Source: an uncultured delta proteobacterium
GTDB taxonomy: Bacteria; Desulfobacterota; Desulfomonilia; Desulfomonilales; Desulfomonilaceae
DNA: 64,000 nt
Assembly: GCA_963789265.1 (NCBI GenBank)
Contig: CAWBKB010000006.1
Coordinates: 160,001-224,000 of the forward strand
Direction of reading: 5' to 3'
Shown here: piece by piece, positions 32,198 through 43,406 of the stretch
How positions within the stretch are numbered: the stretch's first letter is position 1
Layout: every line of letters begins with the position of its first letter
Program-made: the position numbers and the translations under genes
Notes under the pieces: generated by a model
What the model was told of the DNA's origin: nothing
Database searches by the model: none
The model's input: only the letters and a program-made list of their open reading frames with translations

Positions 32198-32386
32198 TAC
32201 CAATTCGCCGTCAAACAAATGACAATCTCGGCGAGGATATAGTGGGGCAGGCATCCTGCCTGCCATTCGTCACCCCGGACTTCGATCCGGGGTCCAGTCT
32301 GGATGCCCGCGTGCGCGGGCATGACGACAGGCAAGATGCCTGTCCCACTAAAAATACAGTGTAACTTGTTTGAAAGCGAATCGGTG
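32198..32386. mobile_element. MITE-like element family A
   Basis: TCA on both sides; inverted copy of the 16703-16934 shell with different internal hairpins. Confidence 0.75.
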
Positions 32387-32482
32387 TCAGACACATTAAT
32401 CTGTCGGAGCCTGAACGGCCAGGAAATAGTACCGATCGACTCAATCCACCATCAGGTCAAGCCGCGTGAGTCGTATTAGTTT

Positions 32483-33187
32483 TCAGCCGATTCTGGTGAG
32501 CTGCGCTATGTAAGCGTATCTGCGGTACAGCGGTTTGACGGCCAGCCTGACCAGGCCAAACATTTCAAGCTCTCGGAAATACACCAATACCTCCGGCCGC
32601 GGATGGACGTGAAAAAGGCCCAACCATCGTTTGAGACCGCCGGCAAACCATTTGGGGAGATCCCGCTGGTCCCAAAAATCCACAACCCACAGTGAGCGGC
32701 CGATTTTAAGGTTAAGCAGGCCTCTGTCCAATGCGGATCTCCATTGCGGAATCATGGAAAGAGAATACGAAAAGAACACCGTGTCAAAGGGTTCCTCACT
32801 GCCGAATACGGTCAGAGGGGAGAACTCTTCCGCCAAGCAGTATTCCAACCGGACCTGTTGCTGGATTCCGGCGCGGGTTACATTACTGCGTGCGCTCTTC
32901 AGCATTTCGCTGGACGCATCAATGCCGAAAAGGTGAGTAGCGGGAAATCTACGGGCAAGGTATATGAGATTACGAGCAGTTCCGCAGCCGATTTCCAATA
33001 CTCGGTGACCATCTTTGACTTCCATCCTTTCGATCAACGCGTCCCTCCCGAGCAGGAAATACCGGCGACTCAGGTCGTATATGTGACGTTGATTGCGATA
33101 AACCCTATCCATGAGGTCGCCGTGGCCGTTCTCTGCAGCTTCCTTCGGCAAGGATGGGGACATGCGTATGGATTGTAATCGTGACAT
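32483..33187 (-). CDS. btaB: BtaB-like SAM-dependent N-methyltransferase (betaine lipid synthesis)
   Basis: MDRVYRNQRHIYDLSRRYFLLGRD, EIGCGTARNL, FSYSLSMIP, WLGLFHV; coupled to btaA. Confidence 0.85.
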   Translation of the reverse strand: MSRLQSIRMSPSLPKEAAENGHGDLMDRVYRNQRHIYDLSRRYFLLGRDALIERMEVKDGHRVLEIGCGTARNLIYLARRFPATHLFGIDASSEMLKSARSNVTRAGIQQQVRLEYCLAEEFSPLTVFGSEEPFDTVFFSYSLSMIPQWRSALDRGLLNLKIGRSLWVVDFWDQRDLPKWFAGGLKRWLGLFHVHPRPEVLVYFRELEMFGLVRLAVKPLYRRYAYIAQLTRIG

Positions 33188-34419
33188 CAGTCCCTCATTT
33201 CGTACACGTGCAGGCCGCCGTAGATCGCCGATCGGTCCAGTCGAAACAGGTCAGATGAAAGCTTCTCCTTGTACTCGAAACATGCACGAAGTTCGGGTCT
33301 CAGAGTCCTTTCGACTACCGGCTCTGTACCTCCCGTGCGGAACATTATTCGGGAACCCGGCTGCCCGACACGGGCCACTTCGGTCCAGAGATCATTGATC
33401 TGATCGGCAGTCATCCAATCCTGGGCGTCGAGAAACACAAATCTGTTTAAGCTGCAATCCTGTTGCGTTCGTAGGAAGGCGGTCAGGGAGGAAAAATAGG
33501 TTCGAATCCGGTGGATATTAGATCTTAACACGAGAAAATAGTCTGCTTTTAAATAATCCGGTATGGCCCGCCGTTTGACAGTGTCATAGCATCGACCGAA
33601 GGCCTGCCATGCGAAATAGTTGTCCTCCAACGGGAACTCGCACAGTAGGCGCTTAATTCGAGCCTGATAGACGCTCAATAGATCGCGGCCCTCTTCAATC
33701 TTAATACGCTCGAGCTGTGCCGGCGGCACCCCAAGAGCGTGTAAAAAGAACGGCAATTTGGCAAGCATCTTTATCGGGAGACTATTGAGCACCGGCTCGC
33801 AATATTGCCGGTAAACTATTTCACGTTCTTCACGAGTGCCCACGGTCAGGAACTCACGGGTATTCACTTTCTTCATCCCGGCCAAGCCGTGGATAAAGCG
33901 AATAAACATTCCCATGGTACCAAAATTATAAAGGTTTTTCGCAAAATAGTCGATCCGGGGACCCAGGAACATTCGGCGAAGCCAGGAACCGCCTTCCCAA
34001 AACTGGCGAGTCTGGTCGTCCAGCCGGTCTCTCAGGTAGCGCACATAGTTGACTATATTCAACTCATCATTCGCGCAACCGAAGAACCGAAACAGATCCT
34101 CATGAGTCGGGAGATAGGTCACCGCGGCCAGTTTCAGCCGAGTAAGAGCGAGATGGCACGCATTTACGTCGACCGCGACAATCGATTGCGGCTGGACCGT
34201 CAGATAATTAAGTATGTTACAGCCCCCGCTGGAGATCATGAGGAGTCGGCTGTCCTGATCCAGCCGAAGCCCCTGGATGTCCACGCGCGGGTCCTCCCAG
34301 ATCTGGTTGTACACCAATCTATCAAACCAGAATGCAAAAAGGCGCTCGAGAGCCCCTTGCAATCTCCAGGGCTTCTTCTGAACCATGATATCGGCGAGTT
34401 CATCGCGAGTAGTTTTCAC
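33187..34419 (-). CDS. btaA: BtaA (DUF3419) SAM:diacylglycerol 3-amino-3-carboxypropyl transferase
   Basis: LVYNQIWEDPRVD, SSGGCN, NYFAWQAFGR, LDAQDWM, DRSAIYGGLH. Confidence 0.9.
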   Translation of the reverse strand: MKTTRDELADIMVQKKPWRLQGALERLFAFWFDRLVYNQIWEDPRVDIQGLRLDQDSRLLMISSGGCNILNYLTVQPQSIVAVDVNACHLALTRLKLAAVTYLPTHEDLFRFFGCANDELNIVNYVRYLRDRLDDQTRQFWEGGSWLRRMFLGPRIDYFAKNLYNFGTMGMFIRFIHGLAGMKKVNTREFLTVGTREEREIVYRQYCEPVLNSLPIKMLAKLPFFLHALGVPPAQLERIKIEEGRDLLSVYQARIKRLLCEFPLEDNYFAWQAFGRCYDTVKRRAIPDYLKADYFLVLRSNIHRIRTYFSSLTAFLRTQQDCSLNRFVFLDAQDWMTADQINDLWTEVARVGQPGSRIMFRTGGTEPVVERTLRPELRACFEYKEKLSSDLFRLDRSAIYGGLHVYEMRD

Positions 34420-34749
34420 GTTGGTTTACACACCCCATACTAAAACACTAGTAGGACCGGCATCTTGCCGGTTGCTATCAATACATCTCATGGGAAGTGG
34501 GACCGTCCCGCGTTCCGCGGGATTGCCGGTCCTGACGTTTTCATGCTGAGTTGTAGCTCCCCGGCTACGGGAGTTTGTATTACTCACAAGCCGTCGATGA
34601 GGGCCTCCAAAAGTGTTATATACGGATCGTTAAAATTGAGTTAATGTTTCGGCAGAAATTGTTTAAAAAAATCGAAACCGTTCACTTGGCAAAGAAACTT
34701 GATTGACATCGCGGGTTGCGATTGTGGGGCGGACTTTCCAGTCCGCCAT

Positions 34750-34938
34750 GTTTTTCTCGTTCCCTGGCTCTGCCTGGGAATGCCTAGCGCGAGGCTCTGC
34801 CTCGACTATGATAATGAAATAAAGGCAGTTTGCGGGCAGAGCCCGCGAGATATAGGTTCCCAGGCGGAGCCTGGGAACCAGAACTGTAGCGACTTTCGTA
34901 GCACGATCTCGACCAGTCTGCATTTTTGAGACAGTTTC
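34750..34938. repeat. Family D element, inverted copy of 57-246
   Basis: Flanked by 14-bp direct repeat ttccagtccgccat (34736-49 and 34939-52). Confidence 0.85.
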
Positions 34939-35018
34939 TTCCAGTCCGCCATATTCACTTCATGATCTCGTCCAGGTCCTCCACACAATAATTGTCCGAT
35001 GAGAATTCGCCTCCCCGC

Positions 35019-35743
35019 TCATCTCCCCGCAAGAAACGGAAGAATCATGATACTTACAAAATCCTGTAGGAAATGCATGGTAATCGGCGCGACAAGGCTT
35101 TTGCGCCATACGTAAACGAAACCGAAGACCAGCCCCAGCGCGCTCACGGTAACCACACCGGCCACACCCTCGTAACCATGCCCAAGGGAAAAGATGAACG
35201 CGGAAAGCAGGACGCTCCAGAAACGTACTTCCGAAAATGTTCTTGAGCCGCAGTATCAAATATCCCCGGAAAATGCTCTCTTCGGTCAAAGCAACGGTGG
35301 TAACCAGGACTAAGGCTGCCACCATCTGCAAAGTTTGTGTACTCGGCTTGAGCAACTGCAGCGTCGTATGTGGAGCGGAGAGGCCCATCGTTATTAAGAT
35401 TTTCGCAAGAATATCAGCTCCGATGAACGTTGGGACGAAGAGGTACAACCCCTAAAAGGATGTCTCTCCAGATATTCCGCAACGTCCAGCCGATGCGGAG
35501 AACAGACTCCTTGTTACGCCACAAGAAGTAAAGAACCAGAGTGAGCAAAGAAAGATCACGCATCGTTGTGGCAACTGCCGCCATCATGAAGCTGACATTT
35601 CTCAGGCCGATCAAGAAGAAAGACTGAAACATAGACGGCCCGATCAAAAATAGAAAGACCCCAACCTCTATGAGCTGCTCACGCCTGTCGAATTGCGCTC
35701 CGTCGGTGTTTCCGGATCTAGTGTCCGCCGAATCTGTTTGCAT
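35019..35743 (-). CDS. CPBP/CAAX-family intramembrane metalloprotease (two +1 frameshifts at ~35442 and ~35222)
   Basis: EESIFRG, FSLGHGYEG and APITMHFLQD motifs spread over three frames. Confidence 0.8.
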
Positions 35744-35964
35744 CTAGCCGCCGCCCGTAGACATTGGTGATTATGTCTCCATCTTGCCTTCTTGGAGTGC
35801 TCCAGGAACGGATATGGGAATTTCAAGGCACCTCCGACCCCAAAGAGCCGATTGTGGCTATGGGCAAGACCCAAGAGAGGCAAAACCTTCGTCATGTTTA
35901 ATAAGAAGCATCTCTTGCATATCGCTTCACGCCGATCCCGGTCAAGGGTAATCTATGAAAATGA

Positions 35965-36163
35965 GTGATCCCTCAGTCACGTGCGATAAAAGATTGTCCT
36001 TGCGAGGAGCAAATAGTGGGACAGGCATCCTGCCTGTCTATTATGGACGACGGGCAGGATGCCCGTCCCACTGGCAATCTAAGCGGCGTTCAAGGAAAAA
36101 GATTGGTTCGCTTCGCTCGCAATGACAAGGGACAAAAGCTGCCCTGCATAAGTAAATGGTTAC
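35965..36163. mobile_element. MITE-like element family B with nested REP doublet
   Basis: Ends in gtaaatggttac; near reverse complement of 57665-57891; nested gtgggacaggcatcctgcctgtc / gacgggcaggatgcccgtcccac. Confidence 0.75.
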
Positions 36164-36431
36164 CCCTTTTTCCCTTTTTTAATGTCCTCTGCTTGAAAGG
36201 GGTGGTAAACTGCAAGCCTATCACACGGACATGACCGCACAGCTTCTTTGCTAGGGGGACGGGCTTTACCGCTGCAACGGAAGTCCGCGGAGTCGTGTTC
36301 AGACTCACCTGTTCTTGGCTGGGGGAGGAATGCGAACATTCTTCTGTCACATTTCATTCCGTCTTCCTACAAAGACATCATGAGGCCGAGGTTTAACCAC
36401 GGAAGCGGGGACAACATCCCGAATGAAGAAT

Positions 36432-36610
36432 TAACCACAGAGGCACAGAGGACACGGAGAAACCCGTCAGATGGTAGGGCGCGGGTTTCAAACCCGCCCC
36501 TACATGCCGTCATGCCCCCATACGGGGGAACCAATTGTAGGGGCAGACCAATATGTCTGCCTTGGGCGGACACGCGGGGCCGCCCTGGGCGAATGCCATA
36601 CGCCCCTACA
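36432..36610. repeat. Cluster of REP-like hairpins
   Basis: accacagaggcacagag, gggtttcaaacccgcccctac and gtaggggc...cgcccctac also found at 16742-16847 and 55468-55516. Confidence 0.7.
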
Positions 36611-36781
36611 ACGTCCCGCTAATAAACGGACTTCGTTTTCGGCAACTTCTCCACATATCGTCCCTTGCCGAAACCCCGGAATTGATTTCGCCGACCCGCT
36701 TGGGTAACATGTCCTCGACAATCAAAGAAATTCGAAAGCTTTTCACACCGACCGAAACCTCGTTCCCAAGGGGTCACATCC

Positions 36782-38727
36782 ATGAAAATGCGAAATAACG
36801 ATCGAAAGCGTCCGGAAAAGCCGGCTATGGAACAAAGCAGCATGCTGATCAATCACGTGAAGTCGTCCCGAGCCCTTACATTGGGGGAGATTCCGTACCT
36901 CAGAGAGGGGAAAACATTCTATAAGAAACTTGTCGAACTCTCACCGGTGGGGATCTGTGTGGTAATTGAGGGCCGCCTGTGTTTCGGTAACCAAGCCATG
37001 GCGAGGACTCTGGGATTCACAGATCCTGAGGAGTTTATGGGTATGGATGTCTTACGTTTTGTACCTCAGCATTGTCGCAAGGCGATTGAGGCGCTTCTCA
37101 CTCACGACGCGGAAAAGGCCGGTTCGCACAACATCACTGAATTGGAGATGACCCGAAACGATGGCGCCACCATAGTAGCCGAGGTTATCAGTGCGCCGCT
37201 TTCCTATTATGGGTTCGAGGCCACTGAATTGATGGTAAGGGACATTTCCGATCTCAAGCGAACCGAGGCCCGTCGAGCGGAACTGGAACGTCTTGTGGGA
37301 GAGAGGACAGCCGAATTGGCTGCCAGAAACGAGCAGCTAATGTTGGAAATAGAAGAGCACAATAATGCCCGTCGAGCACTTCAGGAGGCTGAAGAACGAT
37401 TTAGGGTGATGGTGCATGCAGCTCCTGACCTTATTTTCACTAAAGATCACAAGCTTAGATATACCATGGTCAACCCTGCCACGGAAAAGCTCCACGGGCG
37501 CAAGGCATCTGAAATTGTAGGTCTTCGGGATGAAGAATTGCTCAGTCCGGAGGCGGCAAAACGAGTGAAGGCAACGGATCTCCGCGTACTCGGTGGGGAG
37601 ACCGTAGAAAATGAATACACGACCTCCATTAGAGGGGTTCCCTTCACTTTGCACGGTATCAGAGCCCCTTTGAAAGATGCTGACGGCAATATTTACGGTC
37701 TTTGCGGTATCCTTCGTAATACCACCGAACGAAAGTTCGTATCCGCTTCTCCGAAAGCGCCCGCAAGCATGGACTACCAGTCTCCGGCCATGAACTCCAT
37801 GCTGACCGAGGCCAAAATAGCCGCTGCATCCGACAGCACCGTTCTGCTGTTGGGAGAGAGCGGCAGCGGGAAAGACCACTTGGCCCGCTGGATCCACGAT
37901 CATTCGAAGAGGGCCAGTGGACCCTATTTCTCCATCAACTGCGCAGCCATAGCCAAGGAACTTGCAGAGTCGGAGCTTTTCGGCCACGAAGCCGGCGCAT
38001 TTACCGGTGCCCGGGGAGCGAGAAAGGGGCTGCTTCAGTTGGCTGAAGGCGGAACACTCTTGCTCAACGAGATCGGTGAGCTTCCCATATCGTTACAGGC
38101 CAAACTTCTCACATTTCTCGACACCAAGACGTTTCTCCGAGTGGGCGGCGAGCAGCACGTACGCGTCGATGCCCGAATTATAGCGGCTACACATAGAAAT
38201 CTCCTTGAGGAGATCGAAAAAGGACACTTTCTGTCGGCCTTGTACCATCGTTTGAACGTGTTAACAATAGAGGTTCCGCCCCTGAGAGAGAGAAAGGAAG
38301 ACATCCAATTGCTTGTTAAAAGCATACTGGCCGATCTTGCCGCTGAACTCCAGTTAGCTGAACCGCCGCAAGTAGATCCGGCTGGCATCGCGGAATCGGT
38401 ACCGGCACGATTGGCCGGGAAATGTGCGTGAACTTCGCAACGGTACTTGAACGGGCATTGATGCTCCGGGACGGCGGGTCGTTTAAAGTCAGCCTTTCCA
38501 AACCGAGACCGCGATATCAGGAGTGGATCTACAAGGCGACTTTCCCCTCCGGCCGTTCCCTTCATCACCTAACGGATGAATTGCGATATTGCGTTTGTGC
38601 GGAAGCCGTTCGTCGATCACGCGGGAGCAAGCACGATGCGGCGCGGCTTTTGAAGATATCACGTGGCGCGTTATATCGGTACATGAAGCGTTGGAAGGCT
38701 TCGCGCGAAATTGGAACATCAGATTAA
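36782..38727 (+). CDS. PAS-PAS sigma54-dependent activator (two +1 frameshifts at ~38402 and ~38442)
   Basis: GESGSGK, ELFGHEAGAFTGA, AATHR; HDWPGNVRELRN out of frame; C-terminal Fis-type HTH AARLLKISRGALYR. Confidence 0.9.
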
Positions 38728-38813
38728 GTCGTCGCGCGAAATTGGAACAGAGCGCCTGTGGATAACCCCTTGATACTTTGAAATTTAACAGATCATGTTC
38801 CGATTTCGCGCGA
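38701..38813. promoter_or_regulatory. Putative enhancer (UAS) repeats with IHF site
   Basis: tcgcgcgaaattggaaca at 38701 and 38732, inverted 17/18 copy at 38796-38813; TATCAAggggTTA (IHF consensus) on the minus strand at 38763-75. Confidence 0.7.
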
Positions 38814-38920
38814 ACAAGCGCCCCCACGACACGCGCATCCAACAACTCGCTGCTACAACCCAAATCTGTAACTTCTCATTATTGTGATAGATTCTTTACA
38901 AATTCACTAAGGTCATTTCT

Positions 38921-38936
38921 TGGCACGGAAAATGCT
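38921..38936 (+). promoter_or_regulatory. Sigma54 (-24/-12) promoter
   Basis: TGGCACGgaaaATGCT, GG-N10-GC spacing, downstream of a sigma54 activator gene. Confidence 0.8.
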
Positions 38937-39062
38937 CTAAAATGCCAATGTTGGAAGCCGGAAGGTCGCCACCGTCGTGACTTCCGACGTTAGGGTATCT
39001 GTCCTGCTGTCTTACAGGAGATGCAGTCGATCCGTTCAACAGCCAAACGTCCGGAGTGTCAA

Positions 39063-40037
39063 ATGGGAGTATTTGTCAAGACCTTCATGGAAATGACAAG
39101 GAAAGACCTTCAAATGGCGGGCGGTAAGGCGGCCAATCTTGGCGAGCTTACTCAGGCCGGGTTCGACGTGCCGCCCGGATTTTGCATTCTTAGCAAATCT
39201 TTAGACCATCACATCGAGTGCAACTCTTTAGACACCCGCATAAGTTCCATTGTAACCAAGTTCGATTATGAAGACTTCGCCCTGATGGAAGACAAGACGG
39301 CAGAGATACGCTCACTGATTGCGTCGGCCCCAATTCCCGATGACCTGAGTTCGGAACTCGTCGCTTCGATCGGAGAATTGGTCGGCCTCGACAACCCCTT
39401 TGTCGCAGTACGGTCATCGGTCGCGGTCAAAGACAGTGACATCTCTTCCTTTCCCGGCATGATGGACACCTTTCATTACGTGAAGGGGCACGCGGATATC
39501 ATCGAGCACGTGAAAATGTGTTGGGCTTCGCTATGGACGCTACGGGCCACGTTCAATCGAATGCACAAAGGCATAGATCACAAACTGGGCCTAATTGCGC
39601 CCATCATTCAGCGCATGGTTAATCCGGAAGCCGCGGGTATCTTGTTCACTGCCAACCCGATCACAGGCAATCGGGACGAGATGGTCATTGAATCGAACTG
39701 GGGGCTCGGAGAATCAGTGGTCTCAGGAAAGTCCATGAATGATTTCTTCCTGATCGACAAGTCCGACTTCACGATGAAAACCAAACAGATAGCCAAGAAG
39801 ACCCTCATGGTCTGTTTCGACAATGAAAAAGGGTGCGGACGCAAAGAACAAATGGTTTCGCCGGAGATGACAGGTGTTCCTACCATCCTGGACGATCAGG
39901 TGCGGCATTTGGCCGAGCTTGGTGTCAAAATCGAGGCATTGTTCGGGTTTCCCCAAGACATTGAATGGAGCTTCGAGAAAGAACAACTATTCGTGTTGCA
40001 AAGCAGAAACATAAGAACCTTGAAGCCTCGGGCGTGA
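39063..40037 (+). CDS. Stand-alone PEP-synthase N-terminal ATP-grasp domain (phenylphosphate synthase beta-subunit-like)
   Basis: GGKAANLGEL, VPPGF, VAVRSS, SNWGLGESVVSG, PQDIEW, LQSR; 324 aa with no phospho-His domain. Confidence 0.88.
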   Translation: MGVFVKTFMEMTRKDLQMAGGKAANLGELTQAGFDVPPGFCILSKSLDHHIECNSLDTRISSIVTKFDYEDFALMEDKTAEIRSLIASAPIPDDLSSELVASIGELVGLDNPFVAVRSSVAVKDSDISSFPGMMDTFHYVKGHADIIEHVKMCWASLWTLRATFNRMHKGIDHKLGLIAPIIQRMVNPEAAGILFTANPITGNRDEMVIESNWGLGESVVSGKSMNDFFLIDKSDFTMKTKQIAKKTLMVCFDNEKGCGRKEQMVSPEMTGVPTILDDQVRHLAELGVKIEALFGFPQDIEWSFEKEQLFVLQSRNIRTLKPRA

Positions 40038-40148
40038 AACAAGCTCATGCGTAATTTGGTTTGCAAAGAGTCTCTATTTTATCTCAAGGTTCACAACACA
40101 AATTTCGACCTGAAACCAAAAGGACACAAAACCTAGGAGGATTGCCAG

Positions 40149-41177
40149 ATGGGACAGAGAACCGTTGATGCGCACAATCACTTTTATCCCAAGGAATATC
40201 TTGATTATCTCGTCAGTAGGGGGTCCACTGAAACTCCTCATGCCAGGCATGACGGCGGTACCCATTATCGATGCTATTACAAGAACGTGGCTGTAGCTCA
40301 CATCGACCGCGCCGGGCATTTTGACCTGACGGAGAGAGTGAAAGATCTTGATGCCGGAGGACTTGATACTCAGCTTCTGAGCGTCACTATTCCCGGGCCT
40401 GAAACCCTGGAAAGGGACAAGGGCATATATTGGGCCATGAGATGCAATGACGCTTTGAAGAAAGCGATGGACGACTATCCCGGCCGTTTCTATTTCTTGG
40501 CGAGCCTGCCGTACCAGGATCCCGACGCCGCGTGCAAAGAGCTTGAACGATGCTACAAGATGGGTTGTAAGGGCATCCAAATGTTTTCGAATTTCAACGG
40601 GGAGCCCATTTTTCTGGAGAAGTATCACGGTATCTACGAATTGGCCAACAAGTGGGAACTTCCGATCCTCCTGCATCCGGCAGTGCCGATGACTGCCGAC
40701 GTGATGGATAAAGTTAAGGTACCTTACCAACTCTGGGGCTACACTCTCGACACAAGCTTGGCGGTGGTCAGTCTCATTTTTCAAGGCGTCATGGACAAGT
40801 ATCCGAATTTGAAATTAGTTCACGGGCACCTTGGTGGAATGATTCCCTATTTTGTGCGCAGGTTGCAGGATTCTTACAAAGGCTACGGCAAGGAATGGGG
40901 CATTGAGCTGAAGGAATCCCCGGACATAACTTACAAGACCAAGGTCTATCCGGATACTACCTCTTTCTATTTACCCGCAATGAAATGCTGCCTTGAGTGG
41001 ATAGGTGCAAGCCAAATGTGCGTAGGCACCGATTATGCTCACAGGGTCGGAGATCCGGAAGGCGCTATCAAGGCGGTAAAGGATCTTGGCGTTCAAGCGG
41101 GCCTCAGTCCGGAAGAGATCGACATGATTCTCGGCAAGAACCTGGAGAAGCTGTTCAAACTGCCGCCCATGCCTTAG
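40149..41177 (+). CDS. Amidohydrolase-2 family metalloenzyme (ACMSD-like decarboxylase/hydratase)
   Basis: DAHNH, LLHP, HGHLGGMIP, GTDYAH. Confidence 0.85.
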   Translation: MGQRTVDAHNHFYPKEYLDYLVSRGSTETPHARHDGGTHYRCYYKNVAVAHIDRAGHFDLTERVKDLDAGGLDTQLLSVTIPGPETLERDKGIYWAMRCNDALKKAMDDYPGRFYFLASLPYQDPDAACKELERCYKMGCKGIQMFSNFNGEPIFLEKYHGIYELANKWELPILLHPAVPMTADVMDKVKVPYQLWGYTLDTSLAVVSLIFQGVMDKYPNLKLVHGHLGGMIPYFVRRLQDSYKGYGKEWGIELKESPDITYKTKVYPDTTSFYLPAMKCCLEWIGASQMCVGTDYAHRVGDPEGAIKAVKDLGVQAGLSPEEIDMILGKNLEKLFKLPPMP

Positions 41178-41321
41178 AAGACGATGGAGGTACAAAAAAC
41201 GTAAGCAGTTTTTTACCTCCTTCGATGGCAATCGTTCACCCGCAAAGAAAGATTCACCGCGGAGTGCGCCGAGATCGCAGAGGAAAGAATGGCTTAAACG
41301 GGCACCAAACACGTGTCCGGA

Positions 41322-41725
41322 CCCATAGGCGTTAACTTAAGGCAATTTCGTTCCTTTTCAGGAGGTCCATGCAGGCCGAGGGCTATCAAAGTCCCCCTTT
41401 TGTAAAGGGGGATTTAGGGGGATTTTCAAGCAGTTATCCCAAAATCTCGTAGCCCCAGAGGCGTTAAAATAAGGCAACCCGTGCTACCTTATGAGCCCCA
41501 TAGGGGCGTCGAGATAGTAGCCCGGCAATTCATTGCCGGGTAGGCCGATAAACAGTGATTCAATCTTCGTCCCCGAGGGGCGCCCGAAGGATGCATCCTT
41601 CGGGCGCCCCTCGGGGACGAAGAAGGACCTCTTGGCGGTTCATCCCCGGCGATAAATCGCCGGGCTATTATCAGGATGTCCCTCCGGGATGAAGAGGACT
41701 TGAAGCTCATTTTAACGCTTATGGG
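41322..41725. mobile_element. MITE-like element family C with 7-bp target-site duplication
   Basis: TIRs cccataggcgttaa / ttaacgcttatggg; gtccgga at 41315-21 and 41726-32; several nested hairpins. Confidence 0.85.
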
Positions 41726-41945
41726 GTCCGGACCCTCAGTCCGCCAGTGCAAATATTGCATTGTGATAGACTGGAGTCCCCCAAGGCTCGACATAAGCAA
41801 CCAACAGAGAAAATCACCTTCTCTGCGATCTCCACGGTGACCATTACCTCCGATGTTTAACGACCGTACGCCACTATCGCCGATCAGGAGCCTGGGATAA
41901 ATGCACGTGAATCGAGAGCCCCATGGGGAAACAGAGGTCCGGACC

Positions 41946-42678
41946 ATGGAGGTAAAGTGGTGCGGGTTTGACTACGGGCAATGCATTATGGAACCGGGTG
42001 GCTTGAGAAATCCGCTTGTTTTTGGGGACATTTACAAGGCATTGGGGCAGCCGGAACTTATCTCGGACAAGATTCGGAAGTATCGCATACTAAAAGAGAA
42101 GTACGGGTACGTACAGCGTCATTAAAGAAGGGCATCGAGGCGAGATCTACAGTTATGTCCTGGACAACGATCCGGAGGCCATCGAACTCTTCGGTCGAAA
42201 AGAACAGGAGCTGCTTCTCATAGGAGAAGGTTTGGAGCAAGCCCTCGCTTATCTTCAGCAGGCCGGCATTGAAGTGCAAGTTGTTTCGGAAATGAAGAAA
42301 ACTCTGGGACCGGTGGGGGCCGATGCTGTGTCTCGGTTCTTGAAAAGCAGGGGCCTGGTCAAGTATTTCAGAGAACTCGTCACGCCTCAGGGCAAGATCG
42401 ATTTGGAAACTGACTCCCTCGATCCCAAGTATGTAGGCTGCACAAAGCAAGAGGGGACACTCTATGAGGTTCTCGCCCGGGAACTCTCAAAACGGGGAAT
42501 TGAGCCTCACGAAGCTGTGATGGTGGGCGACAAACCTGAGACGGACATAAATCCCGCTCACGACCGGGGATTCAAAACAATACAATATAAAGGATTCATA
42601 GACCTGGGGGAATCAAAAGCGGACCTGGTCATCAATTCCTTTGAAGAGCTGACATCCATCCTGAAAAGGAAGGACTGA
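41946..42678 (+). CDS. HAD-superfamily hydrolase (+1 frameshift at ~42106)
   Basis: N-terminal GFDYGQ; VVS; VMVGDKPETDINPA motif IV. Confidence 0.75.
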
Positions 42679-42683
42679 GCATC

Positions 42684-43320
42684 ATGTTTAACGGAAAACC
42701 ATTGGCTCTTGTACTTGAATTTGAGGACGCTTCCAAAACCTCGGTCTCATTTGAGGCTCTTCCTGTACCAACTTCAGTGCGAACTCCTCAGGCAGCCCTT
42801 TGCCGGCAGGCCGCCTCGCGACTCTGTCGGCGACAAATTCGTCCTCATGGAATGGGCGGATGGATGGAAGGAAGTGGTTAAGGTCGCTGACACTTGCTCT
42901 GATATCGGTCGTTACTATGTTATTAACCGGCCTGAAGAGGTTGGGAGGCTGGCACTGCGCAACGGCGAAGGTTACCCCGAACTGGTTGAGGTCACCAGGA
43001 GACCATCGAACTTATCGAAAATAACCTTTTTGGACACATTCCGGCTGTCCCCCGGCCGTTCACTTAGAGAAGGGAAAAAGACGGATTGCTTTTTCGAGTT
43101 GACCGAAGTGGATAACTCCCTCGATCGAGCGGTGGAAGACCTGAAAAGAATACTGCAGGAGGAAAAAATAGATCCGAAAGATCTCAGGGGGAACGATTGG
43201 GGCGAGTTGCGGCAGCTATATGAACGTATACGGCGCAAAATGGGAATAGTCGTGGCGTACCGACAGCAAGACGTGTACGATTTCATTGCGCATCTCATCA
43301 AAAAGGCTGGTCTGCCTTGA
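42684..43320 (+). CDS. Hypothetical protein (+1 frameshift at ~42768)
   Basis: Starts 6 bp after the HAD gene; two ORFs join at GTACC. Confidence 0.65.
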
Positions 43321-43406
43321 CAATGGATGTTACCAATGAAGCCGTTCGGAACCGATATCGAGTGGAGAGACATAAGACGAGCGATAGCTTTCTTTTGCAC
43401 TGCATT

